The notes under the pieces are model-generated. The model was not told the origin of the DNA, did not search any database, and worked only from the letters and a program-made list of their open reading frames with translations. From Oculina patagonica (taxonomy: Eukaryota), in assembly GCF_052425735.1 (NCBI RefSeq), contig NC_135761.1, positions 24,118,001 through 24,182,000 of the forward strand: DNA of 64,000 nt, read 5' to 3'. Position numbers and translations under genes: made by a program. Of this stretch, positions 13,621-26,100 are shown piece after piece; position 1 is the first letter of the stretch, and every line of letters begins with the position of its first letter.

Positions 13621-14333
13621 CGAGGGGGAGAAATTTAGTGTTTATCAGCAGACCACTAGATGAAAGTGCAGATCAAGTTCACATTGCCAAACTGGATAAT
13701 CCTATGAGTGTTTGTGCAGATATTCTCGGCCCAACCTCATACCCAGGGTCTTCATTCCCCTTCTTGACCAGCAGCTGGGAAACGAGCGACCCTGGAAAGT
13801 CCTGATTGCAAGTCCAAAAATATTGGACTTCCAGTTGAATTGTGTATGCCTAGCTTTCAAGGACCTGACTCAATGAACTTCTTGGCATTGTGCAGTTCTA
13901 GAAAATATCCACACCCACCCCATGGAAGGTCACTGGAGATTCTGAAGGGGTGGGGGATGGGGGGTTCTCAAAAGCCAAAATGTTTATAAGGAAAGTAGGT
14001 ATGGGGCTTCACAGGAAATTCCAGAGGGGTGGGGGGGGGGAACGATTCGACTTTGACTCTCCCCCCCCCCACCACAACTCCATCTTCAAATGGCTCTCAT
14101 AGCCCCAATTCCCCCACCCTCCTCCCTCCAATAACTGCAACTAATAAGTGTAACATTTATCAAGACCCTCCTTAGTAATTATTTCTACTTTAAATACATT
14201 TTGGAAAGGCAAAAATGAATTATTTTAAAGAATTTTTTATCTTTGAATGTTATTAAGAAAAACGACTAAATATGAAAGCTTAAAGAGGGAAAGTTCTGAA
14301 AGTTTGCGGGATTTCATAACCAGTCCCCTAAAC

Positions 14334-15220
14334 CAGGACGTAACAAATCGATCGAAATCGATCATCGGAAAACTAATCGATAAATCAATATTATTCGATA
14401 TTTTTCGATAAATGATTAACTAATTAGTATCGAAAATCGATAAAAATTGATAATCACCTGATTTGGGAGTGGATTATCGATTTTGATTGTGAAAGACTGT
14501 TGTTTTGTGTTTTAAAAAGGTTCCGTGCAATTCTCGGCGTTCTACTCTCCACGATAAGTTTTTTCAGTTTCATATGAAGTTACTGTTATTGAGACATAAA
14601 CTACAATGAAGATAGTAATTAATGTCAAGTCTGAAAGTGATCTGATCAGTTCCTGTGACCTGATCATATAAATAAAAGATTGTTCAAACAAACGTAATTA
14701 ATATGAAGAGTAAAATGGAATCCTTTGCGGGTATTAAACCGGTTGTTTCGTCTACAAATTGTGTCGCTGACGAACGTCTTTGGTTACGTCGCGTATACAT
14801 ATTCTGATATTCTTTGTTTTATAGGATTGCATTGACCATGTTTTATTCTTCGTTCGAAAATAAACGTTGCCGAACTGACCTGACTGGCCATTAGCAAAAC
14901 AACTTGAAGGTGAAGCGACTGCATTTCTTTCAACGTCACACTTCAGGATTGATTGGACACACACACAAAAAAACAGTAGCTTTTCTTCTCCGATCGAAAT
15001 TGATACAAATCGTTTGAAATCAATACTAATCGAACGTGATTGATACTTTTCGAATGCAATCGACACTAATCGAACTTTAATTAGTAAAATCGATCAAAAT
15101 CGAAAATCACAAAGAATTGGGTCATCGATTTTGATCGATTTTCGATACTAATTAGTTAATTACTTATCGATTTTTATTGATTTTTATCGAGTATCGGAAT
15201 TATCGATTTGTTACGTCCTG
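14334..15220. mobile_element. Non-autonomous DNA transposon (hAT-like) with ATCGAT-rich subterminal repeats
   Basis: 19-bp TIRs CAGGACGTAACAAATCGAT and ATCGATTTGTTACGTCCTG, flanked by direct repeat CCTAAAC. Confidence 0.85.
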
Positions 15221-16321
15221 CCTAAACTATGATTGTAGACGTGTTCGGGCTTTCTCCAGAACAACCGAGTTTTCTTCTTCTTTTACATTTAAGGTACATC
15301 CAATTCGAAAATTAATTAAAATAAAATAAATATTTCTTACCTAGAGAGAATACTGAATATCCCTGAACATCATTTTGCAGAGATTTATAAAGAAAGTCAG
15401 ATCGAGAAGGCCAAATCTAATCTTGCTTTCCGCCATGTTTTCAAATACAAACTAGGTACCATTCTCTCCGAGCATATACTCACTTGAAACGCCTGTTTGT
15501 TTTTGTTTCTCTCCATCGATATTTCAGTCCAAATATTGTAAGCTGACAATTTATCTCTATTTTGCGTTCGCATTGCCGTTTCAAGACTGTCCAGCTACAA
15601 AGGTGAGTGAGTATTTTTCAGACAGGGCTTTGTGCAATGTTATACTATTAAAAACGTGAAACGTACGTGAACTGTTGGAAACAGATCACGGCGAGGGGAT
15701 GTTTTTCGCCGTGGCAGATTGTTTTTTGTTTGTTTAGCAAACCATGAAACGTCGACACCTGCTATCACCACTTCACCTCAGTAATAAGTAAGTGTTTTTC
15801 TTGAACTTGACAGGAAGAGAAAATTATTGGTTTAAGTACAGCAGTGAGTTAAATATGCCTTTCAGCATCATACATTTTGTATCAGTCAGTTGGGTTGGGG
15901 GCTAAACAAGATCATATTTCTTCACCACCCCCCCCCCCCCCTTTACTCCTGTCGTCGGCAGATTGCATGGTTGAATGCATCATCTGTTTGAGCACTACAG
16001 AATGACACATGCACCCACTTTTTAAATGAGGAGTTTGCCAGTTTTTATGCTTTGAACTTTCATTCAAGTGCTTGACTTCAGTTTAACATGGATTTTGGTC
16101 ATAGGAGGTCAGATACATGGAAAGAAAAGCTAGTAAATCTAGCAAGACTAGTAAACCCACTTGTTATTTTGACCACTTGTCCATCATGTTATTTCTTGCA
16201 AATTTCATTTTGGCTCTTTGGACCATGGTCAATCAGTGTCTTCCCTCTGTTAACCATTTTCAAATCACTTTTTACTCAAGTTTATTTTTGTCCATATAAC
16301 ACAGCCTGGATAGGGAAGACC

Positions 16322-18568
16322 ATGGCTAAACGATATGTTCCTCCAGGAGCCAGGCATAAGGAAACAGCAGCTGCCACCACAAAAAACGCTGAAGATTCAC
16401 AAAGATCACTTGACGATATTGTCCAAGATGCAGGGGGTGATGTTTTTGAAGTAAACTTGAGGTCAAAAAACAAACACAGTAAGTGTAGCATGTGAATTAT
16501 TTTTTAATTTAATGTCTTAGTTTATGACAAGTACCGTTGCTTGAAACTAAGCGAGAACACATGATATTGAAACATGATCTGTAGTAGGGTGGGGGGGTCA
16601 TGCCTTTTTTGGCATCACATGTTCATGCTTAGATGCAAGTGATGGTTATTGCTAGATAACTATATTTCATGTCTTTTGCCAAGATGGCTCAGCTGAGGAG
16701 GGGGTGGGGGGGGGGGGGGAGGAGGACAAGAAGGAAAACAGTTCCAGTTTCTCCACATACATGTAAACAGGCCCTAATTCAGCCTTAAGAAACAGCTTTC
16801 TAAATATTAATTACACTGATACATGGCAAATGTTTTTGTAGATCTTCCATTCGCTGAGGTATCTGATAAGGAGAACAGTGACTCAAGCATTCAGAAGTTT
16901 GAATTTCAGTTTAACTATAAAGAGTTGAGGACACTTATGTCGGTAAGTTGACAAAGGAAAGTTTTTCTAGAAAGCTGTTAATTTTAGCCTAGTAAGTAAA
17001 CACATCTCTCGTCTTTGAGAAAGACCTCTAAGATTTGCTCTGGAAAATTCCATTTTCGATTAATAATGCAGCTCTATGAAGCTCCACGTATTGCCGTTGA
17101 TCTGTTGTTGCTTTCACAGAGATGTAAAAACCAATCAAGATCTGCGATGGACTCTTAGAAATACGCAGATTTAGTTATATTAGCCCACAAACAGTGCAAT
17201 ACTCGTTGATTCCAGAAAATAAGTGACCACCTAGAAAAGCCTGCCACAGTGATTGTAAATAAAAAAAATTAATGAGGCTTACAACTCTTGGAACTATAGG
17301 GTAGTTAATTTTTTGCAGATCTAATGATCATAATTTTACTTCCTAGTGATCAGTTTTTATGTTTTTATGACTTGCATACCATGAATTAGTATTTAACTGC
17401 TATGAGACTGTTGGTCATGAGTTAATTGAGGTAACAAATGAATGTTTCTTTTTGCAGAAATTTCGTGAAATAGGTTGGAAGGATCAGGATGCTGTACTAC
17501 AGTTTCCTGCAACTCTTGAAAAAACACAGCGAAAACAAGTCCATGAAATTGCACAAAGCTTTGGCTTGGGAACTTCTAGTTCAGGCTTTGGAGAAACCGT
17601 ATGTCATGACCGTTCTCTTTGAATACTGTATTTACCTGTTATAAAACTCACTTGTTTGCGTAAAATACCGTATTTACTCAAATTAGCGCCGCACCGAATA
17701 AGCCCTGCCCTCAGACAAGCGCCACATTTGGGAAAAAAAAGTTAATAAGCACTGCCCCCAAATAAGTGCTACAGTCCAGATGCGGCGCTTATTGAAGGAA
17801 TTCTGTTTAACTAAAAACAGCACTACAAAGCAACACTAAAACAAACTTGTACATTTCTTACCATCAAAAGTGATGGTTTGCAGTTCAAAGTGATTGTTTT
17901 ACCCCTTGCCCATTAATTTTTCTATCCAACAGTCAAAATTTCTTACAATACTTCTTTTTCAGCAAGAGACGAAAACTGACAATCAAAAGACTGCAAAATC
18001 ACTGTAAGAGATCGGATTCTTTGTGGTGTCCAAATTTCAAATAAGCGCCACCCTCAAATAAGCAACGCACTTAAGGCGAAGGAAATTTAAAAAGGGCATA
18101 CGCTTGACCTTTCAAATAATCAACTTTAACATCATGAGCAAATTGTCTGCAAAAGATCAAGTAATAAAAAAACCGGCTAGAATTCACATAAAATTGTTCT
18201 CAGGTCAATCTTTTGAACAAAACCTATATCACCATGCATATCTCCCCATTAATACACGACTATGTCAAGATTATTAATAATCTCAACTTCTTTTCCAGCG
18301 TTATATCAGTGTATATTCAGTGGAAAAGGCTACACTTGGTGTTGGAAAAGTGAACTTAACCAAACAGGAACGAGATAAAGCCAATGTTATATGGAGACTT
18401 GTTAAACAACAAGTTGAAGATGAAAAGTACAAAAAGTTCAGCCACAATGAAATCGAGGAGATGGTTCTCGCCAATAAACTTGATCCATTACTTCAAGAAT
18501 TGTGGGAGAAAAGAGAATCGCTATTGGTAGATGACTTTGCAGAAAAGTGTAAAGTTTCTGAGAAATGA
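16322..18568 (+). CDS. R3H-domain (single-stranded nucleic-acid binding) protein, 222 aa, 4 coding exons
   Basis: Exons 16322-16478, 16842-16942, 17458-17598 and 18299-18568 splice in frame. Exon 3 encodes LQFPATLEKTQRKQVHEIAQSFGLGTSSSGFGET, the R-x3-H signature. Upstream non-coding exon with donor AG|GTGAGT at about 15602. Confidence 0.8.
17664..18085. mobile_element. MITE-like repeat in intron 3 of the R3H gene
   Basis: Starts taccgtatttactc; repeated (a)ataagcgcc/tagcgcc motifs at both ends. Confidence 0.5.
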
Positions 18569-18898
18569 AAGACATAGTGGTCTAAAAAAAGGAAAATTTA
18601 AAAATAATTACTGTAGTCAGACTTCATGGTTATGGTTTGTTGGTTACTTTTGATACTTCATGAGACCCAAGCCTTTCTCAGAGGAGTAAACTCTGAAGAT
18701 TTGTGTGGTGATACAAATTCTACAACATGGCCATGGAAGCTTAATCAAGTGTCACTCTTTTGCAAGAAACCAAGATTGCAAAAAATATTGGAAGAGACTG
18801 ACAAAGACTTAAGAAACAATCTCTAATGTATCTGCTGATGAAAATTTGAATTGCATTAGGAATGATAAGGACTGCTTTACAATATTTAATTACCAGTA

Positions 18899-19125
18899 CA
18901 GTCGGGGAACAAGTGCCAGTTGATGGCGACATCACTTTTCCGAGAAGTGACTGAGCCTGCGGTTTTCGTCCCAGAAGTTGCTAAGCAACATGACGTATTT
19001 GTACTCGCGATTGCTTTCGGCGTACTCGTGAGTGCTCGCGCTAGTTTTTGATTGGATGAAAGATTCGGAAGTTCTTTGAGTACTTCAACAAAGACTTGCC
19101 AAGACCGGCGCTTATTCCCCCGACT
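18899..19125. mobile_element. MITE with CAGTCGGGG(G)AA termini, copy 1
   Basis: Ends cagtcggggaacaagtgcc and ggcgcttattcccccgactg; homologous inverted copy at 21514-21735. Confidence 0.7.
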
Positions 19126-20150
19126 GAGTAATACAATTTGTCAACCTTGCGCAGTAATGAGTGAAGACTCAAGGTGAGATTGATTTACAAAACTTAATGT
19201 ATTAATTTAATGAATTTTGCTAATGTTATTAGTTTCACATCATTATAGAATTGTTATAATCTTACTGAAGGATTAAATCATGCTTTCTTTTAATCCAGAA
19301 TTCGTCATCTTTTGAACAATACACATATCCAGTGATTTTCAGCACTTAGCTACGTACCATTTTATTGTAGATTGAGTAGAAAATAATGTAAACAAAAATG
19401 AAAATAATAAATACTTTATTGGATAGTTTTTTTACAATAAATAAATCTGTATTACATTGTTTATCCACCTGAGTGGTTTATTTGAAAAAAATGTTCTGCC
19501 ACCATGCTAGTGCATTTTATTATTATTAAACAAATTGTGCAGTAAAGACTGCTCTGCACCATAAAAATTTCAAATACATGTACTACATAGGATTCATCTC
19601 TGTATAAAAACATTATACCTGCATTTTAAGCTTGACTCTTGATACCTTTTTCTAAGTACCAACAAATTATTGTTGCCTAGGGCAACCTTGCTGATTATTA
19701 TGCTGTTCCTGAAAATATTCATACCTCCCCCCTTTATGGGAGGTTACAATCTTGTTCCCAGGGTCTCTCTCTGCCTGCCCTTCTCTCGCTCTGGGGGATG
19801 GGGAGAGGAAGAGGCCATGGGAACAAGGTTGGGAAGGTTATTTTGATTGAACCCCTTCACCCCTCCAGAAATTCCAGTTTTATAGCTTCATTATTTCCTT
19901 TAAAAATTTTGGCTTTTGAGACCCCAACCCCCTGGAATTGCCATTAACCTTCCACGGGGTGGGTGACAATATTTTTCTGCGCATTTCATTTTATGCTGAG
20001 GTGTAACATATGGTGGACTAGCATCCTATCTGGTGGGAGTACCAATACAGCCAATGCCAACTGCCACCAATTACTTGTAACATTTTCTTGCCCATAAAAG
20101 CAAGTCAGAGAACTGAACATTAGCCATTACTCAAGGCTGTTAACTATCAG

Positions 20151-23100
20151 TCATAGTTCTACAACTTGGTCTTCATTTAACGTAATCTGCCTGACAAGTC
20201 GCTCACTCAATTTCCAAAGCTTAGCAGCAGTTTCTGGATTCTTTGCTTCCTCTGATGGCTTACACACACAACAGTTGTTAAAATAATGTCCTCCCACATT
20301 ATCAAGCTCTTTTGCTGTAGCACAGTATACAACAGTGGCTGCACCTTGTTCCTGGGAAAAGAAATGTTTGGTTACCATACACCTTTGGGGTTATCTGCTG
20401 GTTAAAAAATGTTCTTATAGTGCATTTGACTATGTTACATTTACAAAGAAACCAGTGTAATCTTTACACTCTATATCGAATAAAAGCTTATTAACTCGGC
20501 TACATACAATGTACCGGAACTCGTAGCACCCAAAAATCATTAAACTGGCTGTTGGCAAACACTTAGCTAACAGTCTACCACAGGCAGAGATGTGAAAATA
20601 ATATTTTGCTGAAATTTTTAAGTACAGTGGAACCTCGATTTAACAAACTTCTATATAGCAAAGTTCTTGATATAACGAACGATATTCTTAGCCCCAGGAA
20701 TAGTAAAACATATGGAAAAGAACCTTGATATAACGAACCTTGTTATAGCGAACATATTTTGCCAGTCCCTTGGCCCTTCGTTATATCGAGGTTCCACTGT
20801 AATCAACAATGCATACATGCAGGCTGGGATTAAAGCTGTACAGTAAGCCAACAGTTGAATGACACTTGGCAGACTAGCCTCCTATGCAGCCCTTTTTACA
20901 GGGAGCATATTTTACTACTTCCAACAAGTAAAAAATATGATGCCCCTGAAAACGACTGCATGGGAGGCAAATGACAGACATACTACCCACAGTTTCTTTT
21001 GTGAGCTTTTTTTCCACTTAAATTTACCATTAAATGGTTTACTACAGATAACAGTATGATGTTTGGGTTTGGGTTCCGGGGGAGGGGGAGGGGTACTGGG
21101 GATTTCAAGTGACTGGGATGATCAAATGGGGGCAAAATCAAGACCCCAAAACCCCCTATGGCTTGCACTAAAAGTTTACCCCAAATAAATCCCATGCAAA
21201 TTTCCGACCCTTACATTTCCAGAAAGGGGCAATGGTATAATACTATGAACGCGTCGAGATTGTTTTTAATACCCCAAAAAGGAATCCCTACTTAAATGAA
21301 GCCACCAAAACAAAATTTTTGCCAAATTTTCTGACCCAAAAATTCCCAGAATCGGAAATTTCAAAGCCAAGAAAATCCTTTGATCATCAGGCCTGTTTTT
21401 TGAAATTCCAAGTAAATGTACCCCCCCCCCCCCTACCGGGTTTGGGTTACACACTTCATTTCCATAAGTTTTCTTCATTAAGTGAAGCTCTTCATACTGT
21501 GACAGTAAAATTTAGTCGGGGGAATAAGTGCCAGTTTTATCACAATTATCTTTGTTGAAGAATTTCTTAATTATTATTTTCAATCAAAAACTAGCGCGAG
21601 CGCTCACTAGTTTTCCAACAGCCGTCGCATATATAAATACATCATGTTGCTTAGCAACTTCTGGGACGAAAACTGCAGGCTCAATCAATTCTTGGAGAAG
21701 TTATGTCACCATCAACTGGCACTTGTTCCCTAGACTGAATCAATCATAATAATAATTATTGTGTATAGAAAAAAAAAAAAACAGCAAAAACTAGCTTGAC
21801 TCACTGATGTCTTGGTAAAAGGCCTTGCCATAAGAAAGAACAGCCAATAGAACCAAGAGTTCTTTGATAAAGATGTGTAGATCAGATTTCCAGGGTGTAC
21901 AGCATTGCATGTCACTCCCTTTGGTTTTAGACGACCATTTAGCTCCATAGAGAATAACAGGTTACAAAGTTTGGATTGATTGTAAGCCACGATGGACCAG
22001 TATTTAGCTTTAGTAAGCGGGATCTCAGATAGAGGTAACTTCTTGGAATAGTTCAAGTCAGGAAATCTAATGGGTGAGAAAGAAACATCACTACAGTTGT
22101 TAGAAATTGCAGAGACAAATAAAGGTTATTGGTAATGATTAGGTATTAACTGTCAGCTCCCACATTGTACTGTAGCTTGAGCTTGAACCAAAAGCTTGCT
22201 GTTTCTCCTAAATTTGTTTCACTTTGTATCCTAGCCTTCTCTCCCCTCCAATATCTCAAACTTCCCATTTCTCAAGGTTCATGGAATTGAGATTCCACTT
22301 ACTGTGTTTTTGAACATAATTTTGTTCTCTTGTTTAAACTACTAAAAAATTGCGAGGAACAGCTTCAGCTTGGTCAACTGCCGTTTGACAGGTTACCAAC
22401 AGGCCAGGCCACTGACAGTTTACCGACAGGCTAGTGACTTTCGGCCAACTGTTGGTTGAAAGTTGTCTGTGCTTCAGCCAAAGCCTGTCAGCCAACAAAT
22501 GGCCGACTGTCGGCCAACAAAAGGCCAACAGTCAGCTAACTGATGGCCAACAGACAGCAGACAGTCGACAGTTGGTTAAGGAAAGCGCTGTTCTTCACAA
22601 CTACAGCTACATCTCATCATTCCGTTTGTAAAGATACAATGTACCAGTTGACTGTGTTACTAACTCAGTCAACACATTTTAATTTCCATATTTTGATAGA
22701 GTTATAGCCATCATGCAAAGTGCCCAACTTTTGCTTCTGAAGGAATACTGTATTGAAGAAGGAATGCTCATTGATGATGATGATGATGATGATGATGAAG
22801 GAAGGCTCATTGCATTAATTGCACCAGATTTGAAAGTTTAGGGAAGCTAAATCAGAATTGTTGAACAAACATCAGAATTATTGTAAACACTAACCTGTGA
22901 GATTCAGAAGACAAAACTACAACTCTGGCAGGAGATGACGAGCGGAGAATATCCTCCAACAACTGTACCAGGTAGAAATGGCCAAGATGATTGACACCAA
23001 AGGTGCGCTCAATTCCATCCTCTGTCTTTGACCAGGCTGAACCAAATACTGCAGCATTACAGATCAGGATATGAAGGGGCCTGTTACAACAAGAATTCAA

Positions 23101-26100
23101 ACAATGACTCCAATTTATATAGCCTGTGATAGGTGGTCTACATAAGTGTTGAGTATATCATTGTGATAAGCTGAGGAAAACAATTAAAATTGACCTTGGC
23201 TATAAATTTTGCTTTGATTGGTTGCATGTTCCACTAATATTATGAAAAACCACACATTCAGTCTTTTCTAGAAGTCTGTACATGCAAAAACACAGTTCTA
23301 AGGGAAAATGTTTTTTTTTTTTTTCATATTGTCAAGACTACATGACTGTATGATTAATTAATACTTACAGCTTTCTCCTTCTGTACTCTTCTGCAAAGCT
23401 TCTGATACTTGCAAATGATGCCAAGTCCAGCAACATGGTTTCAACAAAAGCCTCAGGAGTCTTCAGGATCAAGTATTGATGGAAAGACACATCATTTCAA
23501 ATTTTTTTTTTTAAATTTAGTAAAACATTCATTATTTTATGACCAACAACAACATATCGGTAAACACAGTTGTTAGAGCGGTTTTCACTTGAGTGTCGAA
23601 AGTAAATTGCGTTTGCTTTGGTTTTGCATTACTACGCTTAGTTTTACTTACTTACTGCCCATCATGCCTGTGTGGCACATAGGGCAGCTTACTACGCTTA
23701 GTGATTGGCTTAAAAATCTCGCGCCACTTTCTCAGCCAATCAGGAGTAAAACCAAAACCAATCGTGACTAGCTCACGCACGTTTTCCCGCGCTTCGTGCC
23801 AGCTACATGTATTTGCTTCGAATTTTGATTGGTTCACTGGATTGTCTGTGTCCTTTGTGATTGGCCAGAGTAATTACTTTGGTTTTGGTTTTACGACACT
23901 CAATTGAAAACTGCTCTAGTAACTTGGTTTACTAAGCACATTAGATAGCTGAAGTGAGACTTGTTTTGGATTTCATTGTGAATGATATATCATTTTCATA
24001 CAAACCTGTGTTGCCCTGATGGTAGCAGCTGCTTTATTTGCTTTGTTGATGTCCCTGCAAGCTAGGATCACATGCGCTCCATGCAGTGCAAGGGCTTTAG
24101 CAGTCTCAAAACCTAGAAAAAAATATTGTAACTAAATTCTTATAATCAAAATAATAAATAGTACAGTTGCGAAAAACTTGTGATGGGTTAAATGTTCCTA
24201 CCAATAATGAACTAGTTATCCATGTCATTCTGATTTCAAACCTGTTCTCTTCAAATGAAAGGTTTGATGTTCAAAATAAGACCAAATCACTTTTCTTTCT
24301 TGAATTCATGTAATGTCCAGGGTTTTTAAAACAAGCCAGCAACTGCCGGAGATCCACCAGCTACTTGATTATATATTATCAGTTACTCTGGTCATAGCAA
24401 TAAGCTCATGACAAACAAGCTTGGCATTGTCACAGGCACCTACTCTTCCAGGTGCTGATGGCTTCTTCCAAACATTTTGAAACCCCTGAATGTCAGGCAT
24501 GTAAGAATTTGGATACATAATTTTGGTGGAAAATATTATAATTTATGCTTAACTGTCACACAATAATTAAAATAAAAATGAACATATGGTAATACAAAGG
24601 AACTTACTGACCTATACCACTGTTTGATCCTGTTACCACGACAACCTTCCCAGTAAGGTCCTCTCCATTCAACACGTGCATGGCAGTAGAGTGACTGTCT
24701 AGCCTCTTTGCATGTTCTTTGTTTTTGGTGAAGTTAAGAGCCAGTCTCGGGTCAACATAAGTGGTATGTCTGTTCACAGAACTGTCAACAAATCACAAGT
24801 CCTGAGGTAAGCAGAAACTCTTACAGCAACCTTCAATCTTAATATATGTAAAAAAAGGTAAAGTCTGTGTCCGAGCCAAGTGGCCCATACAGCCGGAGGT
24901 TATCACGGTTTCCGTAGCATTAAGCGACTGAGAGTATTGCTACTCCCCCCTGGATGGGATGCCAGTCCATCGCAGGGATTACCCCCCAGCAGTAAATTCA
25001 CCGGTACCCATTTATACACCTGGGTGGAGAGAGGCACTGTGAGAGTTAAGTGTCTTGCCTAAGAACACAACACAGCGCCCCGGCCAGGGCTCGAACCCGG
25101 GCCGTTCGACTCGGAGTTGAGCGCGCTAACCATTAGGCCACCGCGCCTCCCACTTAATATATGTACATGTAGTTCATTCTTAATTCTTGGAAAAATCAAT
25201 CAAAAGGGGATCAGAGTGATCTGTACTTACTCAAAAAAGAAAACATTCCCCTTGCTATCATACAGCTTTTGCCAGCCATGTGGAAGTTCTAAAAAAAATG
25301 TTATACAGTCAGACATTATAATAAAAGGAGAAGCCACGAGCCATGCAGCCAATATTGCAGGAGCTTATCCTGGTTTCTGTAGCATTAAGTGGCTAGGAAT
25401 ATTTATACTCCCCCCTGAATGGGATGCTTGTACATTGCAGGGTACCCTCCTAACATTATTCTACTGGTACCCATTTTATTTTATACAGCTGGGTGGAGAG
25501 AGGCACTATGAAAGTATGTTGGCCAGGGCTCAAAACCTGACAGCTTGATCCAGAGTCTGGCATGCAACCATTTGGCCACTGCGCCTCCCTGATACCAGTA
25601 ATACCAAGCTGCAGGTTTACGTTCAAATATGATTTTGGAAGAGCCTTAGAGAAGGGATCTATACTAACTACACCAGATTATTAGGGAGTCTTGCAGATAC
25701 AAAAAAAATTCAGGACCCTGAACAGGTCACCCGGGGGGGGGGGAGTACTCCCATATGTGGCCTATATAGGTATGTGCCGCCCGATGGGGTATGGTTTTTG
25801 AGGCTCCCGGTCCTTAAATAAGGTATCATTTTTGCTCCTTTTGGCAATCTGTTCCCGGTGTGATCCTTAGATAGGGTACCTAAACTCTATTAGCTAAAAA
25901 AAAAAACCGCCCAGCTAAACAAAAAAAGATATCTTAAAACTGAATTTTCTCTTCAAGTATTAGAAAAGCGATTTTTTAAAGATTTGTGTCTTGCCATGCG
26001 CGGTTAGCCGTTATTAGAGTTGAATTGGGTGTCATTTTTCGGTTTTGGGCCTTAAAAAGGGAATCAATTTTTGCTTTCTTTATCCTTAAATAGGGTCAGG

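Noticed and set aside
13427-13805. ORFs spanning N runs (also 60411-60605)
   Set aside because: Artefacts of assembly gaps.
22334-22631. Short ORFs in WWOX intron 7
   Set aside because: Degenerate ggccaaca/gtcgac-type repeat; no splice-compatible coding signal.
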